Source: an uncultured Candidatus Cloacimonadota bacterium
GTDB taxonomy: Bacteria; Cloacimonadota; Cloacimonadia; Cloacimonadales; TCS61
Assembly: GCA_964521025.1 (NCBI GenBank)
Contig: CAZFPK010000011.1
Location: 16,033-80,032, forward strand
DNA: 64,000 nt
Reading direction: 5' to 3'
Shown here one piece after another: positions 56,280 through 64,000 of this stretch. A program made the position numbers and the translations under genes. Every line of letters starts with the position of its first letter. Positions within the stretch are counted from its first letter, which is position 1. The notes below the pieces were generated by a model. It did not search any database, was not told the DNA's origin, and was given only the letters and a program-made list of their open reading frames with translations.

Positions 56280-58760
56280 TTAATGAATTAACAAAATTTT
56301 ATTTATTAAAGATTTTTTTCCGGTTTTCAATTCATAAAAATATATCCCGGATTGGACAGGATTTCCGGATTCGTCTGTTCCATCCCAGTTAATTGTGGAA
56401 AGCGACTCCGTCGCTTTTGTATTAACACGGTTAATGCACTCCAAAGATTTCACTTTCTGCCCTTTAACATTATATATAATGATCTTTGCATTCTTTGCGT
56501 CTTTACGGTTAATAAAAGAAATCGTTGTTTCGGAACTGAAAGGATTGGGAAAAGAACGCAGAACAAGTTCTGCACTACCGATATCATTTTCTTCGACATT
56601 TGTGAACTCTTTTTCGAGAGAATTGGAAAATCCTGGGACCGATTCCACATCATTAGTATAAACAGATGTAATGGCAAATTTATAAGTTCCGAGTTCCTGT
56701 CCAGCCCATTCATAATCGATAAAAGTCGTGTCTGCTATCCCGGAAAATATCTGCGTCCATAAATCAGGATAATCCTCGTGTTCTTCCAACAAACGATAGC
56801 CTTTATAAGATTCGAAGATCCTAAAATTCAAAGGAGGTTGCCAGCTGAGTTCTGCTTCTGTTTGTTCTTCATTCTGAACGGCGAGTACATTTTCCGGAGT
56901 AAAAGCCAATTCCGAGAGCACGATCGTTCCCAGATCGAGATCGGTTGCACCAACCGTGATCGTTGTTGAATAACTTGCATAACCTCCGTAAAATATATTG
57001 AGGAAATAATCGTTATTTGCATAAACATCCATCGTAAAATCCCCGTTGAAATCAGAAACCAGCGAATAATCATCATAACCTGAAATATTAATCGCTGCTC
57101 CTTCCAGACCGGTTTCCGGGAAATCGCTGCCAACGATATGTCCGTTTACTTGAACCAGGGGCAGCGGAGTCAGGTTAAAATCGAGTTGCGTAGTCTCGTC
57201 TTCGATGATAGTTGCTTCCTGGGTTTGCGGGGAATAGCCGAATGCCGAAGCAGTGAAATTATGTATTCCCTGGATAATATTTCCCTTTAAATAATATCCC
57301 TCGGAATTAGAAATGGTGCTGATAGAACTTTCTTCAACAACAATATCAGCATCGATAAGCGGCAGACTTTGCTCATCATAAACATATCCTTCTATTGCTC
57401 CCAATCCGGTAATTGCAATAAAAAATGTTGTATTCGGGATCCTGTTGAAAAGGTATCCGTCCTGAGGGGAAAGAGAAGCAGGATTAATATTGGAATTACT
57501 GTTCCAAGCCCTGGTTCTATCAGGATATATTGTGTTATGAGTGGAAATAAATTCGGTATTTTCTGTATAGACATTGTTATCCCAGGGTCTGTTTGCCATC
57601 ACGATCAGGTTCGCTCCCGTATATTCAAACGGCGGATCCAACTGGAGAAGGATCTCATTACTCCCGGAAGGGAAATCGAGAACATCGTCGAAAACAGGAG
57701 TCAAAGCCGTCGAGGGAATCCAGTTATTTGTCAGGTTGGATTGATAAGTCTCACTCATCCATAATTTCATTTGTTTATCAAAAAGACTGATCTCAAAACT
57801 ATTTTGATAGGAAACTGCATAGATAATTCCTGTATAAATAAGTTCGTTAGAATAGTAAATCGATTCGGAAAGACTGTTATGAAAATGGAAATTGATCGGA
57901 ATCCAGGGCGATGGATCTGTTCCCGTGCCAACGGTTATCTCGACAGCCTGAAATGCCAGAACTTCGATGGGTACGATAGAAGATGAATTATTCTCAAGGT
58001 CGTCATCGAATAAAGGTTCGATCAGAGCATGCAAATAAGTCTCACCGGTTGGTTCATCTTCCGGAATTATCCAGACAATACGATGAATTTTTTCCTCTTC
58101 GGATAGAATTGTCTCTTCCATCTGAATTGTTTCCAAAACAGTGTCTTCATTCTGGATCAGTTTAACAGTATAATCATTTTGCTCGTTTGTTCCGTAGTTT
58201 TTCACGGTAACTTCATAAACTGCGGAATCGTGAGTATAAACGAATCCCGGACCGGAGAAAGATTTAACTGCCAGGTCATAATCGGAAGTTGTGGTCGGTG
58301 GGAAAGTTATGTTATCGATCCAACCTGTATCGGAATGCTGGGAAATATCATCATTTTTCTCATATTTCCAGGTAAATTCATGCTCTCCGGGTGCGACCGG
58401 AAATGATTCTTCATTCCAGGGAAAAATCCCGGCAATATATGACATTTCTTCTCCATCGATATAAAAATACAATCTATCGAAATGATTTTGACTGCTGACT
58501 TTCCAGGAAAAACTGAGATCTCCGGTTTGAGTCGTTTCGATATGCACAGATAAAGAGGTCGATTCATCATCACCGATAGCTCCGGCTTGAGCACAATAAT
58601 AACCTTCATAAGGTTCGATATTGCTGACGAACCAATCGGAGTCTCCGCTGAATTCCCAGTTATAAGAAGAAAAATCTCCTGATTCAAAACCTTCGAAATT
58701 TTGGGTGTAAAGGATCAAAAACAAGGAATAGAAGATCATCGATAATATTTTTTTTTTCAT
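56280..58760 (-). CDS. Large T9SS cargo protein (MAM/choice-of-anchor-J-like N-terminal domain, CarboxypepD_reg-like and FN3-like domains, T9SS CTD)
   Basis: The ORF-track frame extends to 58862; Met35 gives MKKKILSMIFYSLFLILYTQN. The N-terminal domain has FEGFESGDFSSYNWEFSGDSDWFV. The C-terminus is FPNPFSSETTISF...SGIYFYELKTGKKSLINKILLIH. Confidence 0.8.
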   Translation of the reverse strand: MKKKILSMIFYSLFLILYTQNFEGFESGDFSSYNWEFSGDSDWFVSNIEPYEGYYCAQAGAIGDDESTSLSVHIETTQTGDLSFSWKVSSQNHFDRLYFYIDGEEMSYIAGIFPWNEESFPVAPGEHEFTWKYEKNDDISQHSDTGWIDNITFPPTTTSDYDLAVKSFSGPGFVYTHDSAVYEVTVKNYGTNEQNDYTVKLIQNEDTVLETIQMEETILSEEEKIHRIVWIIPEDEPTGETYLHALIEPLFDDDLENNSSSIVPIEVLAFQAVEITVGTGTDPSPWIPINFHFHNSLSESIYYSNELIYTGIIYAVSYQNSFEISLFDKQMKLWMSETYQSNLTNNWIPSTALTPVFDDVLDFPSGSNEILLQLDPPFEYTGANLIVMANRPWDNNVYTENTEFISTHNTIYPDRTRAWNSNSNINPASLSPQDGYLFNRIPNTTFFIAITGLGAIEGYVYDEQSLPLIDADIVVEESSISTISNSEGYYLKGNIIQGIHNFTASAFGYSPQTQEATIIEDETTQLDFNLTPLPLVQVNGHIVGSDFPETGLEGAAINISGYDDYSLVSDFNGDFTMDVYANNDYFLNIFYGGYASYSTTITVGATDLDLGTIVLSELAFTPENVLAVQNEEQTEAELSWQPPLNFRIFESYKGYRLLEEHEDYPDLWTQIFSGIADTTFIDYEWAGQELGTYKFAITSVYTNDVESVPGFSNSLEKEFTNVEENDIGSAELVLRSFPNPFSSETTISFINRKDAKNAKIIIYNVKGQKVKSLECINRVNTKATESLSTINWDGTDESGNPVQSGIYFYELKTGKKSLINKILLIH

Positions 58761-59010
58761 CTTAACCTCTTGTGTTTTACGGTTTCGTTTTCTTTCCGCA
58801 GATTCCCGCAGAAGAAATTCTCTCAACTGAATTGCGGAAAGTTCTAGTACACAACCAAACAAATTCTGCGTCTGGGTTTTTTCCTATCCTCGAGGTTTAT
58901 CCTTCGACTACGCTCAGGATGACAGGGTTATTCGTTCAACCTGCAGAATCCTTTGACGGAAGAAAATTTGAAAGAAGGCTTCGGAAGGGGAAATTTGTAT
59001 TTCTCTTTTT

Positions 59011-62000
59011 TCAAGTAGATGATTTTGTCTTAAATGTGATATTGTATAATGCTCCTTCTTCTTTCAGGAGAGATATTTCCCCGCTGATCTGTTGCGTTAA
59101 CATATTGATCAGTTGTATTCCCAGTGTATTAGTTGTTTTATGATCGATATTATCGGGTAAACCAATACCGTTGTCTTTGTAGATCAGAGAACAGTTATTT
59201 TTTTTGATCTCTTTCAATACAATTTTGATCTCACCTCTTTTGTCTTCCGGGAAAGCATATTTTAAAGAATTTGAAATTAATTCGTTCAGGATCAGTGCTA
59301 TCGGGATGGCGCGCGAAATATCCAGCGCAATATTCTGAATTTCCAGTTCCAGTTTTATTTTTGCCGGACTAATTTCATACGAACCAAAGAGCATTTTCGA
59401 CAAGCCCTTAATATAACTTTCAACATCGATATGCACAAAATCCCGGGTTTCATAGAGTTTCTGATGGATCAAAGCCATCGATCTGATCCTGTTTTCGCTC
59501 TTCCGGAAAATCTCCAGTACTTTTTTATCCTTCATATAATATTCCTGAAGTTTGAGTAAACTGGAGATCACCTGCAGGTTATTCTTTACGCGATGATGAA
59601 TTTCATTAAGCAGGATTTCTTTTTCATGCAGATCATTTTTTATCTGCTCGCTTGCTTTTTTACGTTCGGAAATATCTTCCGTTAAAATAACTACTCTCTG
59701 CACCTTACCTTCATCATCCGTGATCGCATAAAAGAGTTGTGAAATCCAATTTGCTTTATCCTTTTTAGGAATTGAGAGTTTAAGTTCGGGGATATAATAC
59801 TCACCCCCTTTTTCATAAACTCGACGGATTTCTTCAAAGTGAGCTGACAGGTATTTATCCTTGTCATCAAAAACCAGTTTTTCCCTGGTTTTACTGTAAG
59901 CAACAATCTCGGTTTTTGTTAATCCCCAGATCTTTTGCCAGGCTTCATTTGATAATATAAGTGTGCCGTGCATATCTCTGATCGAGATACCGATAGGAGA
60001 ATTTTCGATCACAGTTCTGGTTAATTGTTCATTTGCTCGTAAAATCTCTTCTGCTTTTTTACTTTCCGTAATATCAGAATCCGCTCCTCTGTATCCGGTG
60101 AATCTGCCTTTCTCATCGTAGGTGGGAACTCCGCTCGTTAAAAGCCAGACAATATTTCCATTTTTATGAACATTACGGTTGGGAAATTTTTTGAACGGCT
60201 GCCGTTCCGCAAAAGCTGCCAGTGCCGCTTTTTTCAGAGCTTCTCTATCTTCCGGGTGAAACAGGTCATAAAAATGTTTTTTCCCGACAATTTCTTCCGG
60301 CTTGTAACCAAGAGTCGTTTCGATGATCGGACTGGCATAAGTATATAAACCGTTTTCATCTACTTCCCAGATCCATTCCAGGGCATTCTCGGCAACTTCT
60401 TTAAAACGCTGTTCACTTTCTCTTAAAGAACTTTCCGCCTGTTTTCGCTGTTCCTCCGTTTCGATATTATAAAGAGCATAAGCAATATCTCCGGCAACTT
60501 CATCGAATAACGAATGTTCTTCTTCATCATCGATAAACCTTGTTTCCAGGGATACATTAATCACGCCGTAAATTTTATCTTCATATTTCAGACTTCTCGA
60601 TAATGCACTCCACCCTTTGGGTTTTAATTTTTTGTACCTGGGACAATCCTGACATTCCGATTCACCATCCCGGATCAGGATCACATCATCCGTGTTTAGA
60701 GATTTTACAACACAAGGTGGAATATAAGTCTTCAAAAATTTCGCATCGAGTACGGGAAGATCTGCTTTCGAACCATCCTCGATAAAGTCGATGCATTTCC
60801 CCTGATCATCGAAAAGAGCTATCCAGGCATTACGGAATCCTCTTGTTTCAATGAAATTCCTGCATGCTTCTCTGATCAGCTGATGACGGTCTCTTTCCTG
60901 CACGATAAGTTGATTTACATTACGGATGGCTAGTAAAACTGCATTTAGATGTTCTGCTCTTTCCTCTGCGTGTTTACGCTGTTCTTCCAATTCGATATTA
61001 TAAAGTGCATAAGCAAGGTCTCCGGCAACCTCTTCGAACAATGAATGTTCAGCTTTATCATCGATAAACCTTGTTTCCAGGGAAACATTAATCACGCCGT
61101 AATTCTTGCCTTCATAATTGAGACTTCTCGACATCACACTGCAGTTTTTAGTTTTATAATCTGCAAATCTGGGACAATTTTTACATTCGGATTCAATATC
61201 CCGGATCAGAACTACTTCCCCTGATTTTAGAGATCTGGTAAAACACGGAGGGAAAAAATCTTTTATCAATTTATTATCCAGGTTGGGAAGATCCAATTCC
61301 AAACCTTGTTCCACAAAATCGATAATTTTTTCCCGGTCATCAAAAAGAACGATCCAGGCGCTGTGAAATCCTCTGGTCTCTATGAAATCTTGACATGCTT
61401 TCTGGATCAGGAGATGAGGATCTTTTTCCTGCACGATGAGTTGATTTACATTCCGGATCGCACGCAGAATAGCGTTCAGATGCTCTTCTTTTTCTGTTGC
61501 TCGTTTGCGGGCAATGGCAACTGCAACCTGGTCCGAAACATATTCCAAAAGCGAAAGGTCATTTTCCGAAAATACAGGCTCATCTTTATAAGTGCGAACA
61601 ACAATACAACCGACCACTTTATTTTCGATTTTCAGAGGGGTTCCCAACAAGATTTTGCTTTTCCACTTATAATCGGCTATCTCTCCTTTTTCGATCAATT
61701 TCTTGCGCAGTTCCTCCGTTAAAAACAAAGGTTTACCGTTTCTGATAATATAATTTGTAACTCCCTTTTTTCTTAAAAGATGAGGAGTTTTTACCTCAAA
61801 TTTTTCATCGAAGAAATAGGGAGAAACGATCTCCCCGGTTTCTTCATTATAATTAGCAATATAAAAATTCGAAGCATCGATTATCTGCCCGAGTTCTTGA
61901 TGGATAATCTGATAAAGTTTGTCTATGTTTTCGGTTGTATTAACAGCATTGGAAATATGATAGAGAACAGTCCGGATATTTTCCGCTTTCTTACGCTCTG

Positions 62001-64000
62001 TGATATCCTGGGTCGTACCGATCATTTTAACCGGTTCGCCGTTTTCATCCAAAATCACTTCACCCAGTTCATGCACAAACCTGACTTCCCCGTCCTGTCG
62101 GATAATACGATGATCGATACTGTAAGGTTTATGCTCGGATAAAGCGGTTTCAACTGATTTTTTGACAAATTCACGATCCTCGGGATGAATTGAATTCAGA
62201 AAACCGGAATATGTTAATTTTGTCTTACCATCATGTATTCCGAAAATTTTGTAGGTCTCTTCGGACCAGTAATCGGTATCGGTTTCCAGCTCCCACTCCC
62301 AGCTTCCCAAATGAGCTATTTGCTGAACCCGTTCAAGATTGGCTTCACTCGTGCGCAGTTCTTGTTCCGCTTTCTTGCGCTGTGTGATATCGCGAATTAT
62401 TGCCAGGAGCCGTTCTTCACCTTTAATGGTAGCTTTTTTAAGACTGACTTCGGTTGGATGTTTTTCACCATTTTTCCTGATATATGCCCATTCAAAAACT
62501 TGAGGTTGACCCGCTGCCGCTTTCGCCATGTATTCTTTAATTTTTTCTTCAGAATACGCCTTTTCTTTGGGACTGTATCCGACAACTCCCATTTCTTTAA
62601 TTTCTTTTAGTGTATATCCCGAAAGATCAGAACTTGTTTTGTTAACATCGAGAATAGCACCGGTTTTGATGTCATGCACAACGATCATATCATGAGCAGC
62701 ATTAAAAATCTCCTGATAATTTTTTTCCGATTCCCGAAGAGCTTTTTCCGCTTCTTTTCTTTCCGTAATATCATGGGCAATATATAAAATCGTATTCTTA
62801 TCTTTGGGAGTTGCCCGACCTTCAAACCAGTAAAGTTTTCCATTTATTTGCAGAGGATATTCTATCTTCACAAGTTTTTTTTCATCCAAACATTTTCGCA
62901 CTACTTCCAGGAATTTATCTGCTTCGGATTTGGGAAACACTTCATGCAGAGTTTTTCCCAAGACTTCAGCAGCCGGTTTAAATAGCAGGTTCGGTGAGGT
63001 TGGAGCAATATTGATATATGTTCCGTTATAATCGAGTTCCAGGACAACATCGGTCATGGCATTAAAAAGAGCGCGTAAATTATTTTCCGAATTTTGAAGA
63101 GTTTGTTCCGCTTTCTTGCGTGCGGTAACATCCCGTGAGACAAAAAGTAAATTATTTTCATCGAGGATATTTGCCCTACTTTCAATATCACGCCATTCTC
63201 CGGACTTATTTTTAAATCGAAATTCCAGGTTCTCGCTGAACTCCCTGATATCTTTTTTTAAGAACTTTTTTGCTTTTAAGGCGATATACTTTTTTAATAA
63301 TGGTAACAGTTTTAACCTATCTTTGGGATGTACAAAATCGAAACCGTGTTTACCCAGTAAATCCTGCTGTTCATAACCTAATATTTTTTTATGAGAAGGA
63401 CTGACATATTTGTGTTTGGGATTGAGACTGAAGGAAATTATGGAAATCAAATCGCTGGTATTATCGCCGATCAAGCGATATTTTTCTTCACTTTTCCGAA
63501 GTGCTTCTTCCATATTTTTGCGTTCGGTAATATCGGTATCTGTTCCTAATACCCGGTACGGAGTATTATCTTCCTTTCGTTCGGCAACACCGCGGGCAAA
63601 AAACCAGCGAATACTACCGTCTTTATGCAGCATCCTGTGTTCCACAACAAATTGTCCGGCTTTTCCTTCAAAATGAGCCTGAGCTGCTGCTCCAACTTTA
63701 TCTCTATCATCCGGATGCACTAATTTTCCCCATTCATCGAGATGATTTTTGATTTCATGATCTTCATAACCGAGTATTTTTTTCAAAACCGGATCGACAT
63801 AAATTTCATTGGTCTCCAGATCCAAATCCCAGATCCCGGATTGTCCTGCTTTTGCAGCCAGATTATAGCGTCGTCGATTTTCCTGCAGAGCCAGTTCTGC
63901 TTGTTTGCGTTCAGTAATATCTCTCGTATGAACGATCACGCCGCTGAAATTCCCTTGATCATCATATAGTGCTGTTGCCGACCGCTGTACCGGAATTTCG
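59011..64000 (-). CDS. Giant cytoplasmic multi-PAS/GAF sensor histidine kinase (HisKA_2-type), N-terminus beyond the window
   Basis: At least 8 PAS-boundary signatures (DITERK/DVTARK/DISERK). The HisKA_2 H-box is EIHHRVKNNLQVISSLLKLQ, followed by HATPase (NELISNSLKYAF...DNGIGLP). The frame stays open from GTG 63939 to the window edge. Confidence 0.85.
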   Translation of the reverse strand, partial: EIPVQRSATALYDDQGNFSGVIVHTRDITERKQAELALQENRRRYNLAAKAGQSGIWDLDLETNEIYVDPVLKKILGYEDHEIKNHLDEWGKLVHPDDRDKVGAAAQAHFEGKAGQFVVEHRMLHKDGSIRWFFARGVAERKEDNTPYRVLGTDTDITERKNMEEALRKSEEKYRLIGDNTSDLISIISFSLNPKHKYVSPSHKKILGYEQQDLLGKHGFDFVHPKDRLKLLPLLKKYIALKAKKFLKKDIREFSENLEFRFKNKSGEWRDIESRANILDENNLLFVSRDVTARKKAEQTLQNSENNLRALFNAMTDVVLELDYNGTYINIAPTSPNLLFKPAAEVLGKTLHEVFPKSEADKFLEVVRKCLDEKKLVKIEYPLQINGKLYWFEGRATPKDKNTILYIAHDITERKEAEKALRESEKNYQEIFNAAHDMIVVHDIKTGAILDVNKTSSDLSGYTLKEIKEMGVVGYSPKEKAYSEEKIKEYMAKAAAGQPQVFEWAYIRKNGEKHPTEVSLKKATIKGEERLLAIIRDITQRKKAEQELRTSEANLERVQQIAHLGSWEWELETDTDYWSEETYKIFGIHDGKTKLTYSGFLNSIHPEDREFVKKSVETALSEHKPYSIDHRIIRQDGEVRFVHELGEVILDENGEPVKMIGTTQDITERKKAENIRTVLYHISNAVNTTENIDKLYQIIHQELGQIIDASNFYIANYNEETGEIVSPYFFDEKFEVKTPHLLRKKGVTNYIIRNGKPLFLTEELRKKLIEKGEIADYKWKSKILLGTPLKIENKVVGCIVVRTYKDEPVFSENDLSLLEYVSDQVAVAIARKRATEKEEHLNAILRAIRNVNQLIVQEKDPHLLIQKACQDFIETRGFHSAWIVLFDDREKIIDFVEQGLELDLPNLDNKLIKDFFPPCFTRSLKSGEVVLIRDIESECKNCPRFADYKTKNCSVMSRSLNYEGKNYGVINVSLETRFIDDKAEHSLFEEVAGDLAYALYNIELEEQRKHAEERAEHLNAVLLAIRNVNQLIVQERDRHQLIREACRNFIETRGFRNAWIALFDDQGKCIDFIEDGSKADLPVLDAKFLKTYIPPCVVKSLNTDDVILIRDGESECQDCPRYKKLKPKGWSALSRSLKYEDKIYGVINVSLETRFIDDEEEHSLFDEVAGDIAYALYNIETEEQRKQAESSLRESEQRFKEVAENALEWIWEVDENGLYTYASPIIETTLGYKPEEIVGKKHFYDLFHPEDREALKKAALAAFAERQPFKKFPNRNVHKNGNIVWLLTSGVPTYDEKGRFTGYRGADSDITESKKAEEILRANEQLTRTVIENSPIGISIRDMHGTLILSNEAWQKIWGLTKTEIVAYSKTREKLVFDDKDKYLSAHFEEIRRVYEKGGEYYIPELKLSIPKKDKANWISQLFYAITDDEGKVQRVVILTEDISERKKASEQIKNDLHEKEILLNEIHHRVKNNLQVISSLLKLQEYYMKDKKVLEIFRKSENRIRSMALIHQKLYETRDFVHIDVESYIKGLSKMLFGSYEISPAKIKLELEIQNIALDISRAIPIALILNELISNSLKYAFPEDKRGEIKIVLKEIKKNNCSLIYKDNGIGLPDNIDHKTTNTLGIQLINMLTQQISGEISLLKEEGALYNITFKTKSST

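Noticed and set aside
1-64000. Scan for rRNA, tRNA, CRISPR arrays, transposases, integrases, and toxin-antitoxin or known defence genes
   Set aside because: I could recognise none. The intergenic regions contain only short hairpins and palindromic repeats. This was a visual scan only, so tRNAscan-SE, Infernal and DefenseFinder should be run to confirm.

Overview
This is a low-GC (roughly 35-40% by eye) bacterial chromosomal segment. At least six encoded proteins end in a T9SS-type C-terminal sorting domain, which suggests an FCB-superphylum-like organism; the taxon cannot be assigned from sequence alone. 1-17 kb encodes secreted and surface proteins: a LamG-domain giant protein, two streptopain-like (C10) cysteine proteases, a TonB-dependent receptor and two T9SS cargo proteins. 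17-41 kb holds the most interesting content. Two sensor kinases and a sigma-54 enhancer-binding response regulator are followed by three pilin-like genes, two of them 100% identical copies. At least two of the pilin genes have textbook -24/-12 sigma-54 promoters. A tightly packed type IV pilus/T2SS-like machine follows: PilC/GspF platform, PilB/GspE ATPase, three further pilin-like proteins (one with a LamG lectin-like domain), a membrane H-box protein plus a REC-cNMP protein, a PilT ATPase, a PilM-PilN-SPOR-TPR fusion, a PilO-position protein, a short secretin and an FN3/LVIVD lipoprotein. All six pilin-like proteins start M-[GS]-x3-[IVM]-L followed by a hydrophobic helix. They have no leader beyond two residues and no Glu5, and no prepilin peptidase gene lies in the window. 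I flag this as a candidate non-canonical pilus system. 41-54.7 kb is housekeeping: yfiM-like, dapF, M20 peptidase, rlpA, psuG, Eis-like GNAT, AsmA-like, retropepsin-like, DAHP synthase, Ppx/GppA, NYN protein, BamA-family, ispG. 54.8-64 kb carries T9SS cargo genes, one split by a single in-frame TGA, and a >1660-aa multi-PAS/GAF HisKA_2 kinase that runs off the window. Intergenic regions are rich in palindromic repeat families and short triloop hairpins. I found no rRNA, tRNA, CRISPR array or transposase.
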